Source: an uncultured Spirochaetales bacterium
GTDB lineage: Bacteria; Spirochaetota; Spirochaetia; JABEVK01
Assembly (NCBI GenBank): GCA_964624355.1
Contig: CAZUXL010000002.1
Span: 37,485-101,484, forward strand
Direction: 5' to 3'
DNA length: 64,000 nucleotides
This document shows positions 19,929 to 29,619 of this stretch, one piece after another. The translations under genes were made by a program, and so were the position numbers. Under the pieces are notes generated by a model. That model was given only the letters and a program-made list of their open reading frames with translations. It searched no databases and was not told where the DNA came from. Within the stretch, counting starts at the first letter, position 1; each line of letters opens with the position of its first letter.

Positions 19929-21437
19929 ATGAGAACCATGCTCCTTTCCCAGATCTTAAAAAATATGAATGTTCTAGAAAAACGTGGCCCCGATCCCCAG
20001 ATCTCAACCCTATTTTTTGACTCCCGGGAGGCTTGTCCGGGCGGATTGTTTTTTGCCTTACCGGGAGTCCACACCGATGGTCATAGGTTTATTCCCCAGG
20101 TCATAGACCACGGCGCTGTAGCCATTGTGCATTCTCAAGATCTGGACACCTACGCCCCGGAGGTTGCCTACGTGAAGGTACAGGATACGAGGTTTTTCAT
20201 GTCCCCCGTTTCTGCGGCATTTTATGATTATCCCAGCCGAGAGCTGAGGGTTATAGGCGTCACGGGAACCGATGGGAAGTCCTCCACCACCAGTTTTCTC
20301 TTTCAACTCTTGGAACTTTTGGGGCACAAGACCGGATTTTTTTCCACTGTGGAATACAAGACCGGGGATGCCGTGGAAGTTAATAGTTTCCGGCAGTCCA
20401 CCCCGGAAGCTCCCCAGATTCAGGGGCTTTTACGGGAAATGGTGGATAATGGATTGGAGTTCGCCGTGGTGGAGTCCACGTCCCATGGTTTATCGGTAAA
20501 AACCAACCGTCTGGGGGACGTGGCCTACGATGCGGCGGTTTTCACGAATGTGACATCGGAGCACTTGGAATTCCACGGTACATTGGAACAGTACCGGGAA
20601 GACAAATCCCGGTTATTTTCCCTTTTGGATACCTCGGGGAAAATGGGATTTGGGGTCGTGAACCGGGACGACCCTTGGCACGATATTTTCATCCGTGCGA
20701 CATCCCGGCCTTGTTTCACCTATAGTTTAAAGGATCCCAGTGCTGATCTTTGGGCGAATGAGATAAAGGAAGATAACACCGGACTCACTTTCACCCTCAT
20801 ATGGAAAGGTCAAAGCGTTTGCGTCACCTGTCCCTTGGCGGGGGTCTTCAATGTGCAGAATCTTATGGCCACCTTACTGACCGTGACTGGTCTGGTGGGT
20901 AAAAATCCTTTGGAATTGGCCCCCCTTCTAAAAAATATCGCTGGGGTGAAAGGACGGATGAAACTAATTAACCAGGGGCAGCCGTTTCGGGTGATTGTGG
21001 ACTACGCCCATACCCCTGGAGCCTTTGAGCGGGTTCTCCCCGATGTCCGCCTGCGTACTTCCGGTCGGCTAATGATCGTTTTTGGTTCCGGAGGGGAGCG
21101 GGATAGGGTAAAACGGCCCATCCAGGGGGCCTTAGCGGATAAATACGCCGACCTCATTTTTCTAACGGATGAAGATCCCCGTTTGGAAGATCCTTGGAAT
21201 ATCCTGGAAGAAATTGCTTCGGGAATTAAAGAAAAAACCAGGGATGAAACCCTGATTCTTCTCAGACCTCGGGTCCGGGCCTTGGAAGCAGCCCTCACCC
21301 AAGCCAAACCCGGGGATACGGTTTTACTATTAGGAAAAGGACATGAAACCAGCATCATCACGGCTTCAGGAAAGGAAGCCTGGGATGAAGAGGCAAAAGC
21401 CCGGGAAATCCTCGCAACTTTGGGTTGGAAAGAGTGA
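19929..21437 (+). CDS. murE: UDP-N-acetylmuramoyl-L-alanyl-D-glutamate–2,6-diaminopimelate ligase
   Basis: Mur ligase P-loop VIGVTGTDGKSSTT. MurE-like C-terminal domain. 502 aa. Confidence 0.9.
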   Translation: MRTMLLSQILKNMNVLEKRGPDPQISTLFFDSREACPGGLFFALPGVHTDGHRFIPQVIDHGAVAIVHSQDLDTYAPEVAYVKVQDTRFFMSPVSAAFYDYPSRELRVIGVTGTDGKSSTTSFLFQLLELLGHKTGFFSTVEYKTGDAVEVNSFRQSTPEAPQIQGLLREMVDNGLEFAVVESTSHGLSVKTNRLGDVAYDAAVFTNVTSEHLEFHGTLEQYREDKSRLFSLLDTSGKMGFGVVNRDDPWHDIFIRATSRPCFTYSLKDPSADLWANEIKEDNTGLTFTLIWKGQSVCVTCPLAGVFNVQNLMATLLTVTGLVGKNPLELAPLLKNIAGVKGRMKLINQGQPFRVIVDYAHTPGAFERVLPDVRLRTSGRLMIVFGSGGERDRVKRPIQGALADKYADLIFLTDEDPRLEDPWNILEEIASGIKEKTRDETLILLRPRVRALEAALTQAKPGDTVLLLGKGHETSIITASGKEAWDEEAKAREILATLGWKE

Positions 21438-22444
21438 GTCTTTTGGTCTGGATACTCCTGGCTTTTTCATCCGGTGCCATGGGAGGATGGTCCTGGGATC
21501 TGGGGGGGGCTGTTTTCACCTCACCCCAGGAAGGAAAGGGTAGTATTCTTTTCTCCACCCCCGAGGGAATCCCTCCCACCCTCTGGAATCTTCCCGGTCC
21601 TGGGGATTCACTTATCCAGTACGACGGGGAACTGGGCATAATTAGGTTCCTTTTTCCCTACAAAGAGGCTTTTTTAGAAGTACCTGGGGTTCAATCTCAA
21701 CCCAACGCTGCGGTTTTATGGAATGGGGGTTTGTGGATTGCCCGGGATAGGGAGTTGAAAGTGCTGTTCCCCCCGGATTCCCCTGGGGTTTTACCCCCAC
21801 TACCCCTACCCATAACGGCCTTGAGAACCCAGGAAGACCAGCTGCTAGCCCAAGTTCTCACCGGGGTTTGGTATATTTATTCCAAGGGGGAATGGGAGAG
21901 GACCGAAGTCGTACCCGCGGTGAGGGGAATCCTGCCTACGGTTTCCCTCCCTCCTCCCGAAGAGGATAAGCCACAGTCCTTCTCGGATCACCTTACCGTC
22001 ATGGAGGATCTCATGGCCCGGGACCGGTGGTCCGAAGCAAAACTTTTAGGTCTTCGGGCCTGGAACCATCCCACGTTGTTCTCTACGGAGTCCTGGAACA
22101 CCCTGGAGGCCATTCACCTCAAACTCAACGGGATTTTTCTCGGTTTTGGGAAATTAGACGCCCTGTGGGTCCCCTCAGGCCTCCAGGTCTCCTATCTCCC
22201 GGATTCCCGGGTTCCAGGTCCCTACGTCTGTCAGCTGCGGTTTCACAAAAAGGATGGGGAAGAGATCCAATCCCTTTCCCTGGGAGATACTCAGCATATT
22301 AATTGGATTTTTCCCCAAGGATGTTCTGCCTCCGATTATCTTTGGGTAGATGTGAAGGTTTTCAGAAGTGACAAACCGAATGAAATTACCATTCTGCGGT
22401 TGCCCTCCCTGATAGGCTTGTCCTTTTGGCTGAAATCAGATTAG
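21425..22444 (+). CDS. Hypothetical secreted protein (339 aa) between murE and ddl
   Basis: Signal peptide. No recognisable domain. Overlaps the murE stop by 13 nt and ends 9 nt before ddl. Confidence 0.5.
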   Translation: MERVSLLVWILLAFSSGAMGGWSWDLGGAVFTSPQEGKGSILFSTPEGIPPTLWNLPGPGDSLIQYDGELGIIRFLFPYKEAFLEVPGVQSQPNAAVLWNGGLWIARDRELKVLFPPDSPGVLPPLPLPITALRTQEDQLLAQVLTGVWYIYSKGEWERTEVVPAVRGILPTVSLPPPEEDKPQSFSDHLTVMEDLMARDRWSEAKLLGLRAWNHPTLFSTESWNTLEAIHLKLNGIFLGFGKLDALWVPSGLQVSYLPDSRVPGPYVCQLRFHKKDGEEIQSLSLGDTQHINWIFPQGCSASDYLWVDVKVFRSDKPNEITILRLPSLIGLSFWLKSD

Positions 22445-22453
22445 ATATTTCTC

Positions 22454-23518
22454 ATGAAACTGAATATTGCACTTTTTTACGGCGGTATGAGCCAGGAGCA
22501 CGAGGTCTCCCTCCGATCCGCCGCCTCCATTTACGAACATCTGGACCGGGATAAGTATGTGGTCAAGCCCATTGGAATCACCCTGGAAGGGCGCTGGTAC
22601 CTTCAGGAGGCCTTTTCTGAAGAGGGCCGACTGGCCCATGGGGATAAACTATGGATTACCCAAGATCCTGCCAAGGAAGTCTTGCTAGCACCTGGTCGGG
22701 GCTTGAATGCGGGGGGACGGTTTCTTTCGTTGGATGGGGCTTTTTTAATTACCCATGGAACCTACGGAGAGGATGGCCGGCTTCAAGGGCTCTTGGAATA
22801 CGCCGGACTTCCCTACACCGGTTCTCCTGTCCTAGGAAGTGCATTGGGAATGGATAAGGACAAGATAAAAGAAGTTTGGCAACAAAACGGTGTGAGTGTG
22901 GTTCCCTGGTTGACTCTCCGGAAGGAAGAAATAGGAAATCCTAATTTTTGGCGGAATGCGGAAAAGCAGGTGGACGCTCAGTTTTGCTGGCCTGTTTTCG
23001 TCAAACCTTCCAACTCCGGTTCCTCCGTGGGGGTCTCCAAGGTTGATTCCCCAGAAACTTTTAAATCTGCCGTGGAAGCCGCTTTTCTCATCGACTCCAA
23101 GGTTCTCGTTGAACCGGCCATCCACGCCCGGGAAATTGAAGTTGCGGTTCTTGGACCTTTAGGGAAGGAGCAGGCCTACGGACCGGGAGAAATTGTCCCT
23201 ACCCATGAATTTTACGACTATGATGCGAAATATAAGGATCCCGATGGGGCCATTCTTCAGATTCCCGCAAAATTGGAGGCTAGGCTCATTCAAGAAATCA
23301 AAGCTATGGCTTTGAAGGCCTTTAGGTCCTGCGAAGCCAAGGGTTTTTCCCGGGTGGACTTTTTCCTGGACAAAACCACGGGGAAGATTTACCTAAATGA
23401 AATCAATACCTTGCCTGGTTTTACAAGCATTTCCATGTTTCCCATGATGTGTATGGAGGATGGGGGTATGACCTATTCCCAAGTCCTGGATAGAATCATA
23501 GAAGCGGCAATTAAATAA
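22454..23518 (+). CDS. ddl: D-alanine–D-alanine ligase
   Basis: N-terminus KLNIALFYGGMSQEHEVSLRSA and ATP-grasp motifs typical of Ddl. 354 aa. Confidence 0.9.
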   Translation: MKLNIALFYGGMSQEHEVSLRSAASIYEHLDRDKYVVKPIGITLEGRWYLQEAFSEEGRLAHGDKLWITQDPAKEVLLAPGRGLNAGGRFLSLDGAFLITHGTYGEDGRLQGLLEYAGLPYTGSPVLGSALGMDKDKIKEVWQQNGVSVVPWLTLRKEEIGNPNFWRNAEKQVDAQFCWPVFVKPSNSGSSVGVSKVDSPETFKSAVEAAFLIDSKVLVEPAIHAREIEVAVLGPLGKEQAYGPGEIVPTHEFYDYDAKYKDPDGAILQIPAKLEARLIQEIKAMALKAFRSCEAKGFSRVDFFLDKTTGKIYLNEINTLPGFTSISMFPMMCMEDGGMTYSQVLDRIIEAAIK

Positions 23519-24683
23519 GTAGATTCAAAGTAATCACGGTCAATCCAGTATCCCGTACTTGATTGACCAAGGATTCAAAATGTACCCCAAGCTTGGAACA
23601 TTCTTCTGATAGGTAAGACAGGTAGTAAAGACCTAACTCCGCATTGGCCCCTGCTTCGTCGTTTCCGTCTTTGTAAAAATCCATCAAACTTTTTAGTTTT
23701 GTATTGGCACCCTTGGTGTCATCCACTGATTTTTTTAATTCCAGATATCCCGCTTCCTTATTGAAAACCCTCACGGAGAGTTTTTCCCGGCTCGCCAAGC
23801 CCTTGGTGGAGTCATTACCCACCTTCCAGGTCAAGAAAACGTTTTGGTTCCTATGGCTCATTTCTTCCACGATCATTTTCCGCATTTCCGGGTCGAACAT
23901 CACCGCATTGGGATCCAAAGTTCCCTTATACCGGGATTTGGCGAAACTTTGGATATTGGTATTTTCCGCATTAATTGCCAGTTCCATGATCATCAACGAC
24001 AGGTATTCCGCCAGCTTTGATTTTTCCATGTATTCGTGGAGGGCAATTTCAATCTGATTCAGGAGTTCCAAGTACTCATCGGAATCTTTGAACTGGGAAA
24101 GAACAAACCAAGTGAGGGGTCTGAGGTTATTGAGGAATTTTTCCGCTAAGAATAGCTGAATATTTTTTTCTTCAGGAAGTAGACTCTCGCTGGACATGAC
24201 CGTTTCCATGATGGGTCTGAGCATTTCCTGTTTGATGGACTGAATCAATACCTTATTTTTTATAAGGTTGTTGGAGAGAATCTCGGGTTTGACGCTGGTC
24301 TTTCTGTCAATGATCCCCGCAGGATTTCCCCGATTCCATTTTTTAATCAGATCCGAATCCATTATTTTGCCAAAAACGGTTTCGTCAAACCGCCGGTAAA
24401 AGGTTGCATAGGTGATGAGTTTGGAAAGATCCATGACTTCTTGGCGTTTGGACATGAATTCTGGTCGGGAGAGTTCTATATAGGAAACGTAGTTGATTAG
24501 CATGAGTTTCTGGACGGAAGCAGGGGAAAAAACGTCAAAAAAGATCCCGTATTGTTCCATATCATCTGCAAGTTTAAATTTGTTCAGTTTTTTCTTGCTC
24601 TGGATAAAAAAATTCACCCCTTCCTCGTTGAAGATGATTTTTACGGGAAGTTCCAGGTCTTTTCTTCTTTTGTCGTCAGCCAT
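23511..24683 (-). CDS. Hypothetical protein (390 aa), low-GC orphan
   Basis: Long ORF with no recognisable motif. Markedly more AT-rich than its flanks. Start is 8 nt after the nitroreductase stop. Confidence 0.5.
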   Translation of the reverse strand: MADDKRRKDLELPVKIIFNEEGVNFFIQSKKKLNKFKLADDMEQYGIFFDVFSPASVQKLMLINYVSYIELSRPEFMSKRQEVMDLSKLITYATFYRRFDETVFGKIMDSDLIKKWNRGNPAGIIDRKTSVKPEILSNNLIKNKVLIQSIKQEMLRPIMETVMSSESLLPEEKNIQLFLAEKFLNNLRPLTWFVLSQFKDSDEYLELLNQIEIALHEYMEKSKLAEYLSLMIMELAINAENTNIQSFAKSRYKGTLDPNAVMFDPEMRKMIVEEMSHRNQNVFLTWKVGNDSTKGLASREKLSVRVFNKEAGYLELKKSVDDTKGANTKLKSLMDFYKDGNDEAGANAELGLYYLSYLSEECSKLGVHFESLVNQVRDTGLTVITLNLLI

Positions 24684-24691
24684 TCCCGCTC

Positions 24692-25264
24692 CTACCAGTG
24701 CTCATAGGAAACAATCCTGCTTATAGGTAATCGTTCCGTATGTTTCTTTATCTTTTCGGCAGAATAACCCATTAACAAAAGCAGGGGAACTCTCATGGAA
24801 TGGGGAACCGTGAGAATTTCTTTTATTTCTTCTTCCCGGTAGGTGGAAAATATACAAGTATCCAGGTTTTCGTGGAGGGCTTGAAAAATCATGCTGTCGG
24901 CACAAAATGTCAGGTCGATGGGGTAGGACACCTGGCCATTGGGCATTCGATAGTCCACATTGGTACTGCAAACGGCTAAAATAAGAGGCGCAGATTTTAC
25001 CACGGATTCCCCATAGCAAGCTTCGGCAATTTTATCACGCCGGACTTTTTCCCTAATGGCGATAATTCTCCAGGGTTGTCGATTTTTAGCCGAAGGCGCC
25101 AGTCTTCCCGCTTCAAGGATTCTTTCCAAAATTTCTGGAGAAATACTTTTATCGAGAAATTCAGTGACTGTGGCCCTCCGGGCGATTTCTGGGAGAAGTT
25201 CCATGGATGTTTTCCTTAAAACATTATACATGACTTTCACAACTGGCGGAAGAACCTTGACCAA
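24692..25264 (-). CDS. Nitroreductase-family FMN oxidoreductase
   Basis: SAKNRQPWRIIAIREK signature of the nitroreductase fold. The true start may be the internal Met (MELLPEIA). Confidence 0.75.
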   Translation of the reverse strand: MVKVLPPVVKVMYNVLRKTSMELLPEIARRATVTEFLDKSISPEILERILEAGRLAPSAKNRQPWRIIAIREKVRRDKIAEACYGESVVKSAPLILAVCSTNVDYRMPNGQVSYPIDLTFCADSMIFQALHENLDTCIFSTYREEEIKEILTVPHSMRVPLLLLMGYSAEKIKKHTERLPISRIVSYEHW

Positions 25265-25286
25265 AAATTAGTAAAGTCCCTAGACT

Positions 25287-27494
25287 GTGGTAATGAATCG
25301 TCAATTTCTCCTCAGTTTCCTTCTTCTCAGTTCCCTGGCTGGTTTTTCTCAGGACGTCGTGGGTTTAAAAATGGGGGAATATTCCGATTTATATGATAAA
25401 ATTGTATCTTACGGTCCGCGAATTGAAGGTTCCCCTGGAGAAAAGTCCACTCTAAAGTTCATCCAGACCCAGTTATCCCAATGGGGAATTCCTGTTCAAT
25501 CCAGGGATTTCAGCGGATTAGCCGAGGCAGGCTCTTTTTCCAGCTCTTTGGACATTCTGATTCCTGGAAAATTGAAGGATCGGATGATCCTGGTAATACC
25601 CCTGGATCAAAAAGACGAGGCTGCTCCTGGTGGGGGCATCTCCATAACCGCCGGATTGGCCATGGCTCATTATTTTACTGAAAATCCTTTGGATATTACC
25701 CTTCAAATTTTATTTTTAGGGGGCGAAAGGGGGGGGCTGCTTCCTTATCCCCTGGGATCCCGTGCTTTTCTTCAGGATTACTATCCCGAGGCTCCCGTGG
25801 GGGTTTTTTACCTGGATGCTCAAAGTCCCCGGGGTAATTTGAGACTTCAGGTGGATTCACTCGGGCGAGCGGCTCCGATTTGGATGGTAAAAGGTTTAAC
25901 TGAATCCTTCCAGGGGGGAGATTTCACGTTTCTACTGGAGGGCAGTCATCCACCCCTCATAAGGCTTTCCTTGGCTGAAGGACAATCCGTATTGGATCAT
26001 TATTTTCAAAAAGAAATCCCAGGTATCCTGATAACCTCCGGTGACGGTACTGAACTTTCCCCTGAGGTCTGGATTCGAGAGATGATTGGCGCTGTGGAAC
26101 GTTTTATCACCCGGTATAAAGAAGGGCTGCCTGCCACCTGGGATCGACATTATTTGCTTTTTCAATGGCAAGATCAATTTATGATTTTGGATCAAAAATC
26201 TTATATTATTTTACTGCTCATCACTATTGGCATCATTTTAATTCTAATTTTTATTAGACCGGAGGTGATCCGGGAGAGGTTTTTTTCTGTAATAAAACAT
26301 AGCTGGCAGCTACCTCTGATTTTTATTGCCCTTTTTCTTTTTCTGTATGCCGCCACTTGGCTTCTGCAAAACCTCATCACTTGGAGAGATTTTCCCAGTC
26401 TGTGGAAGTTTTATCCTTCTCTGTTCCTCTCATTAAAATTGGCTGTGGGATTTTTCCTTTACTACCTTTTGTTTTTTATCTTCCGGCGTATGCCTTTGAT
26501 CCGGTGGTCGACATTTTATGTTTTTGGATCCCTGGCCGTGACCACCGTTTTGACAGTACTTTCTCTTTTTACAGGTCTGGCCAATTCCTTTTATTTTCTT
26601 TGGACCCTGGTTTTGACCGTACTTTTTGCCCTATGGAACAATAGGTATTGGCGGTTGGGGCTTCTGATTCTCATGCCCCTCTGGTTTATTAAAGCGGTGG
26701 GGGAGCTGTTTATCCAGACCCCGGATTTTACCTTGATAAACGCCGTGCTTTTTAGTCCTGTGGAAGGGAACCTGGTGCTCACGCTTTTGACTTTTCCCTT
26801 AATACTACTGGTGAGTGCTTATCACTACGTGAGTCATAAAAAACGAGGGCGGAACGAACAATCCTGGAATGAAATCTTTATGATGATTTCAGCCCTTCTG
26901 AGTATTGTTTTGGGCTTTACCGTGGCGGAGGCCAATCCCTTTCTAGAGGGGCGAAAAATACCTCTTTATTGGGTGGATGATCAATCGGAAAACTCCCGGG
27001 AGATCCGCATCTCCAGTCCTGTAGCTTGGCCTGAGGCCCTCCTTGCCATACCCGGAGAGAGTCTCCCCCTGATTCCCCAGTTACGGGAATCTCTTTATGA
27101 GGTGGAAATGATACCCGGGATCACTTTTCAATCCTCTGTGATGAATTTCCTCGACCGGAAAACCTGGAGTCTGGTTCTAAATGCTCCTGGTCAGCCCCAG
27201 CAGCTAAAGTTGCAAATTCGGTCGGAATCGGAATTGGTCATATACTCCTGTTCCTTTCCCTATCGGATACTACCGGGAAGCCGGGAAGCTGAAGTCTTTG
27301 TAGGACGCAATCCCCCCCTACCGTTTAAGGTGGATCTCACCGTGGGAAGGACCTCCTCATTAAATTTGGTTTGGAACCTGGAATATGGAAAACTTCCCTA
27401 TGGGGTAACCGGCTTGCCGGAAAATCGCGAGCTCCAGGGGACTTTAAATATACGTAAAACCCAAACACTTTCTGGAGATAAGGGTGAAATTTGA
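25287..27494 (+). CDS. Polytopic membrane protein with an N-terminal M28-peptidase-like (possibly degenerate) domain
   Basis: Signal peptide. M28-like region lacking the canonical EE pair. At least 8 TM helices in the middle. C-terminal extracytoplasmic domain. Confidence 0.45.
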   Translation: MVMNRQFLLSFLLLSSLAGFSQDVVGLKMGEYSDLYDKIVSYGPRIEGSPGEKSTLKFIQTQLSQWGIPVQSRDFSGLAEAGSFSSSLDILIPGKLKDRMILVIPLDQKDEAAPGGGISITAGLAMAHYFTENPLDITLQILFLGGERGGLLPYPLGSRAFLQDYYPEAPVGVFYLDAQSPRGNLRLQVDSLGRAAPIWMVKGLTESFQGGDFTFLLEGSHPPLIRLSLAEGQSVLDHYFQKEIPGILITSGDGTELSPEVWIREMIGAVERFITRYKEGLPATWDRHYLLFQWQDQFMILDQKSYIILLLITIGIILILIFIRPEVIRERFFSVIKHSWQLPLIFIALFLFLYAATWLLQNLITWRDFPSLWKFYPSLFLSLKLAVGFFLYYLLFFIFRRMPLIRWSTFYVFGSLAVTTVLTVLSLFTGLANSFYFLWTLVLTVLFALWNNRYWRLGLLILMPLWFIKAVGELFIQTPDFTLINAVLFSPVEGNLVLTLLTFPLILLVSAYHYVSHKKRGRNEQSWNEIFMMISALLSIVLGFTVAEANPFLEGRKIPLYWVDDQSENSREIRISSPVAWPEALLAIPGESLPLIPQLRESLYEVEMIPGITFQSSVMNFLDRKTWSLVLNAPGQPQQLKLQIRSESELVIYSCSFPYRILPGSREAEVFVGRNPPLPFKVDLTVGRTSSLNLVWNLEYGKLPYGVTGLPENRELQGTLNIRKTQTLSGDKGEI

Positions 27495-28701
27495 TCCCAT
27501 AATTTTCCATGTGGACTTGGACGCTTTTTTCGCCGCAGTGGAACAACGGGATAATCCCCAACTCCAGGGGAAACCGGTGATCGTGGGTTCCCTACCGGGG
27601 GAAAGAGGGGTCGTATCCACCTGCTCCTACGAAGCTCGGGCCTTTGGAGTACGCTCTGCCTTGCCCATTAGTCGAGCCTATGAACTTTGTCCCCAGGGAA
27701 TTTACATTCGTCCCCGGATGACTCGGTATATGGAGGTATCCCGGCAAATCATGAAAATATTTGATGATTTCAGTCCTCTGGTCCTTCCCATGTCCGTGGA
27801 TGAGGCTTTTTTAGATATGACCGGGACAACAAAACTTTTTGGTCCGCCTCTGGAAGCGGGGAAAATATTGAAAAACAGGATTTGGGAGGATACGGGGCTG
27901 AGGGCTTCGGTGGGGATTGCCCCCAACCACTACTTGGCGAAGTTGGCATCGGACTACGATAAACCCGATGGGCTTTATCAGGTGAGTCCAGAAAATATCC
28001 TTAGTTTTCTCGATTCCCTGTCCCTGGGGAAGCTCCATGGGGTGGGTGAAAAAACCCTGGAACGGCTGCATGAACTGGGAATAAGAACGGTAGCCCAGCT
28101 GAGGGAATATGCCTTGCCGGTTCTCCAGCAGTTACTAGGAAACTCTGCCGGCCAGTATCTTTACAACTCCTGCCGAGGTTTGGAAACCCAGGATTACCAT
28201 GGTGAACCGAACACCCGGTCCCTCTCCGCCGAGAGAACCTACCAGGAGGATGTCACCAGTCCTACCGCAGTTCATAAAACACTTTTGGATTTATCCCAGG
28301 ATTGTATGTTTCGGCTCTATGAGGAAGGGTGGAAAAGTCGAACCGTCCATCTCAAACTGCGGTATCAAGATTTTTCCACCTCCACGGTTCAAAAAACTTT
28401 GGGGCATTGGGTGTCCAGTACAGATGAGCTCTATAAAGCTTCCTTGGAGCTTTTAAAAACCAAGTGGAATGGTCGTCCTGCGATCCGGTTGGTGGGATTG
28501 GGTCTAGGTAATCTTCAGCGTAGCGAAGCCTTGGAGCAGGTGGAGCTTTTTGACGATCAAGGACAAAAAAACCGCCGTGTAGAACAGGCGGTTCTTAAAC
28601 TCCGGGGCAAATACCCCGGAGTGGAGGTCAATAGGGCAGGATTACTTAAACCGGGTTCTTCTTTAAATCCCACACGGACAAACCGAAGAAATAACCAATA
28701 A
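27484..28701 (+). CDS. dinB: DNA polymerase IV (Y-family translesion polymerase)
   Basis: N-terminus IFHVDLDAFFAAVEQRDNPQLQGKPVIVG is the canonical DinB start. 11 nt overlap with the upstream gene. Confidence 0.9.
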   Translation: MKFDPIIFHVDLDAFFAAVEQRDNPQLQGKPVIVGSLPGERGVVSTCSYEARAFGVRSALPISRAYELCPQGIYIRPRMTRYMEVSRQIMKIFDDFSPLVLPMSVDEAFLDMTGTTKLFGPPLEAGKILKNRIWEDTGLRASVGIAPNHYLAKLASDYDKPDGLYQVSPENILSFLDSLSLGKLHGVGEKTLERLHELGIRTVAQLREYALPVLQQLLGNSAGQYLYNSCRGLETQDYHGEPNTRSLSAERTYQEDVTSPTAVHKTLLDLSQDCMFRLYEEGWKSRTVHLKLRYQDFSTSTVQKTLGHWVSSTDELYKASLELLKTKWNGRPAIRLVGLGLGNLQRSEALEQVELFDDQGQKNRRVEQAVLKLRGKYPGVEVNRAGLLKPGSSLNPTRTNRRNNQ

Positions 28702-29572
28702 TCACAAAAGTTGAAACGGGGGAAACCCACTGGGGAACGTGGATTCCAAATCCATCGGTGACCATGATGGCACCCAAGGCGAGGACGGAATACATGGCGC
28801 CATTTTTTAGAAACCTGAATTTTTTCACCGTATCCATATTGCTTACGGTTAATTGCCGGACCAGAACCGCACCTAATCCATTTCCCGCCAAAATCAGGGG
28901 AACCGATAGGGTGAAGGCAAAGGCGCCTAAAACTCCATCGATGGAGAAGGTGGCATCAATGATTTCCAAATAGAGAATTTTAGAAATATCCGAGATCCCG
29001 GATTTACCGGAAAGCAGCCTTTGTTCCTGGGCCTCCGCATTTTGTTTAAATCCGTGGGTGATAAAAAAGGCGGTGGATCCCACCACGGCTCCGAAGGCTA
29101 AAGCACCGGAGATTTGCAAGGAAAAGTAAACAATGAAGGTGAGTACCAAGGCGGCGATGGTATAAAACCAAATCCCCTGTTCTTGAAAAAACTTTTCATG
29201 GGGGAGTCCCAGGTGCTTTTCTTCCAGAAAGAGCCAGTGGAAAAATAAGAGAATCAAAAAGACCCCACCACCCATAAGCAGGGGGGGTGCCGCTTTTTCT
29301 ATGATCTCATGGACTTTGGGATCGTTGGAGAAGGTGGCGGTCAGGGATCCTAGGAAACCCAGATCTGGGGCACTGGCCCAAATAATTATCCAGGGGAGCA
29401 GTCCTCGAACCAAGAACACAGCAATTAAGATGCCCCAAATGAGGAACCATCGCCGTGCTTTTGCCGACATGGTCCCCAGTACTTCTGCATTAATAATGGC
29501 GTTGTCGATGCTGGAAATGGTCTCAAAAAGGGCAAGGCCCACAATAGTTAAGGTGATGGCTAATATATCCAT
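28646..29572 (-). CDS. Integral membrane protein, DUF475/TerC-like
   Basis: Roughly 8 TM helices. ETISSIDNAIINAEVL motif resembles the DUF475/TerC signature. Its 3' end overlaps dinB convergently by 56 nt. Confidence 0.45.
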   Translation of the reverse strand: MDILAITLTIVGLALFETISSIDNAIINAEVLGTMSAKARRWFLIWGILIAVFLVRGLLPWIIIWASAPDLGFLGSLTATFSNDPKVHEIIEKAAPPLLMGGGVFLILLFFHWLFLEEKHLGLPHEKFFQEQGIWFYTIAALVLTFIVYFSLQISGALAFGAVVGSTAFFITHGFKQNAEAQEQRLLSGKSGISDISKILYLEIIDATFSIDGVLGAFAFTLSVPLILAGNGLGAVLVRQLTVSNMDTVKKFRFLKNGAMYSVLALGAIMVTDGFGIHVPQWVSPVSTFVIIGYFFGLSVWDLKKNPV

Positions 29573-29619
29573 GGAATCATTATAAAGTAAAAACTAGATG
29601 TTGAACAAGCCCATGGTGA

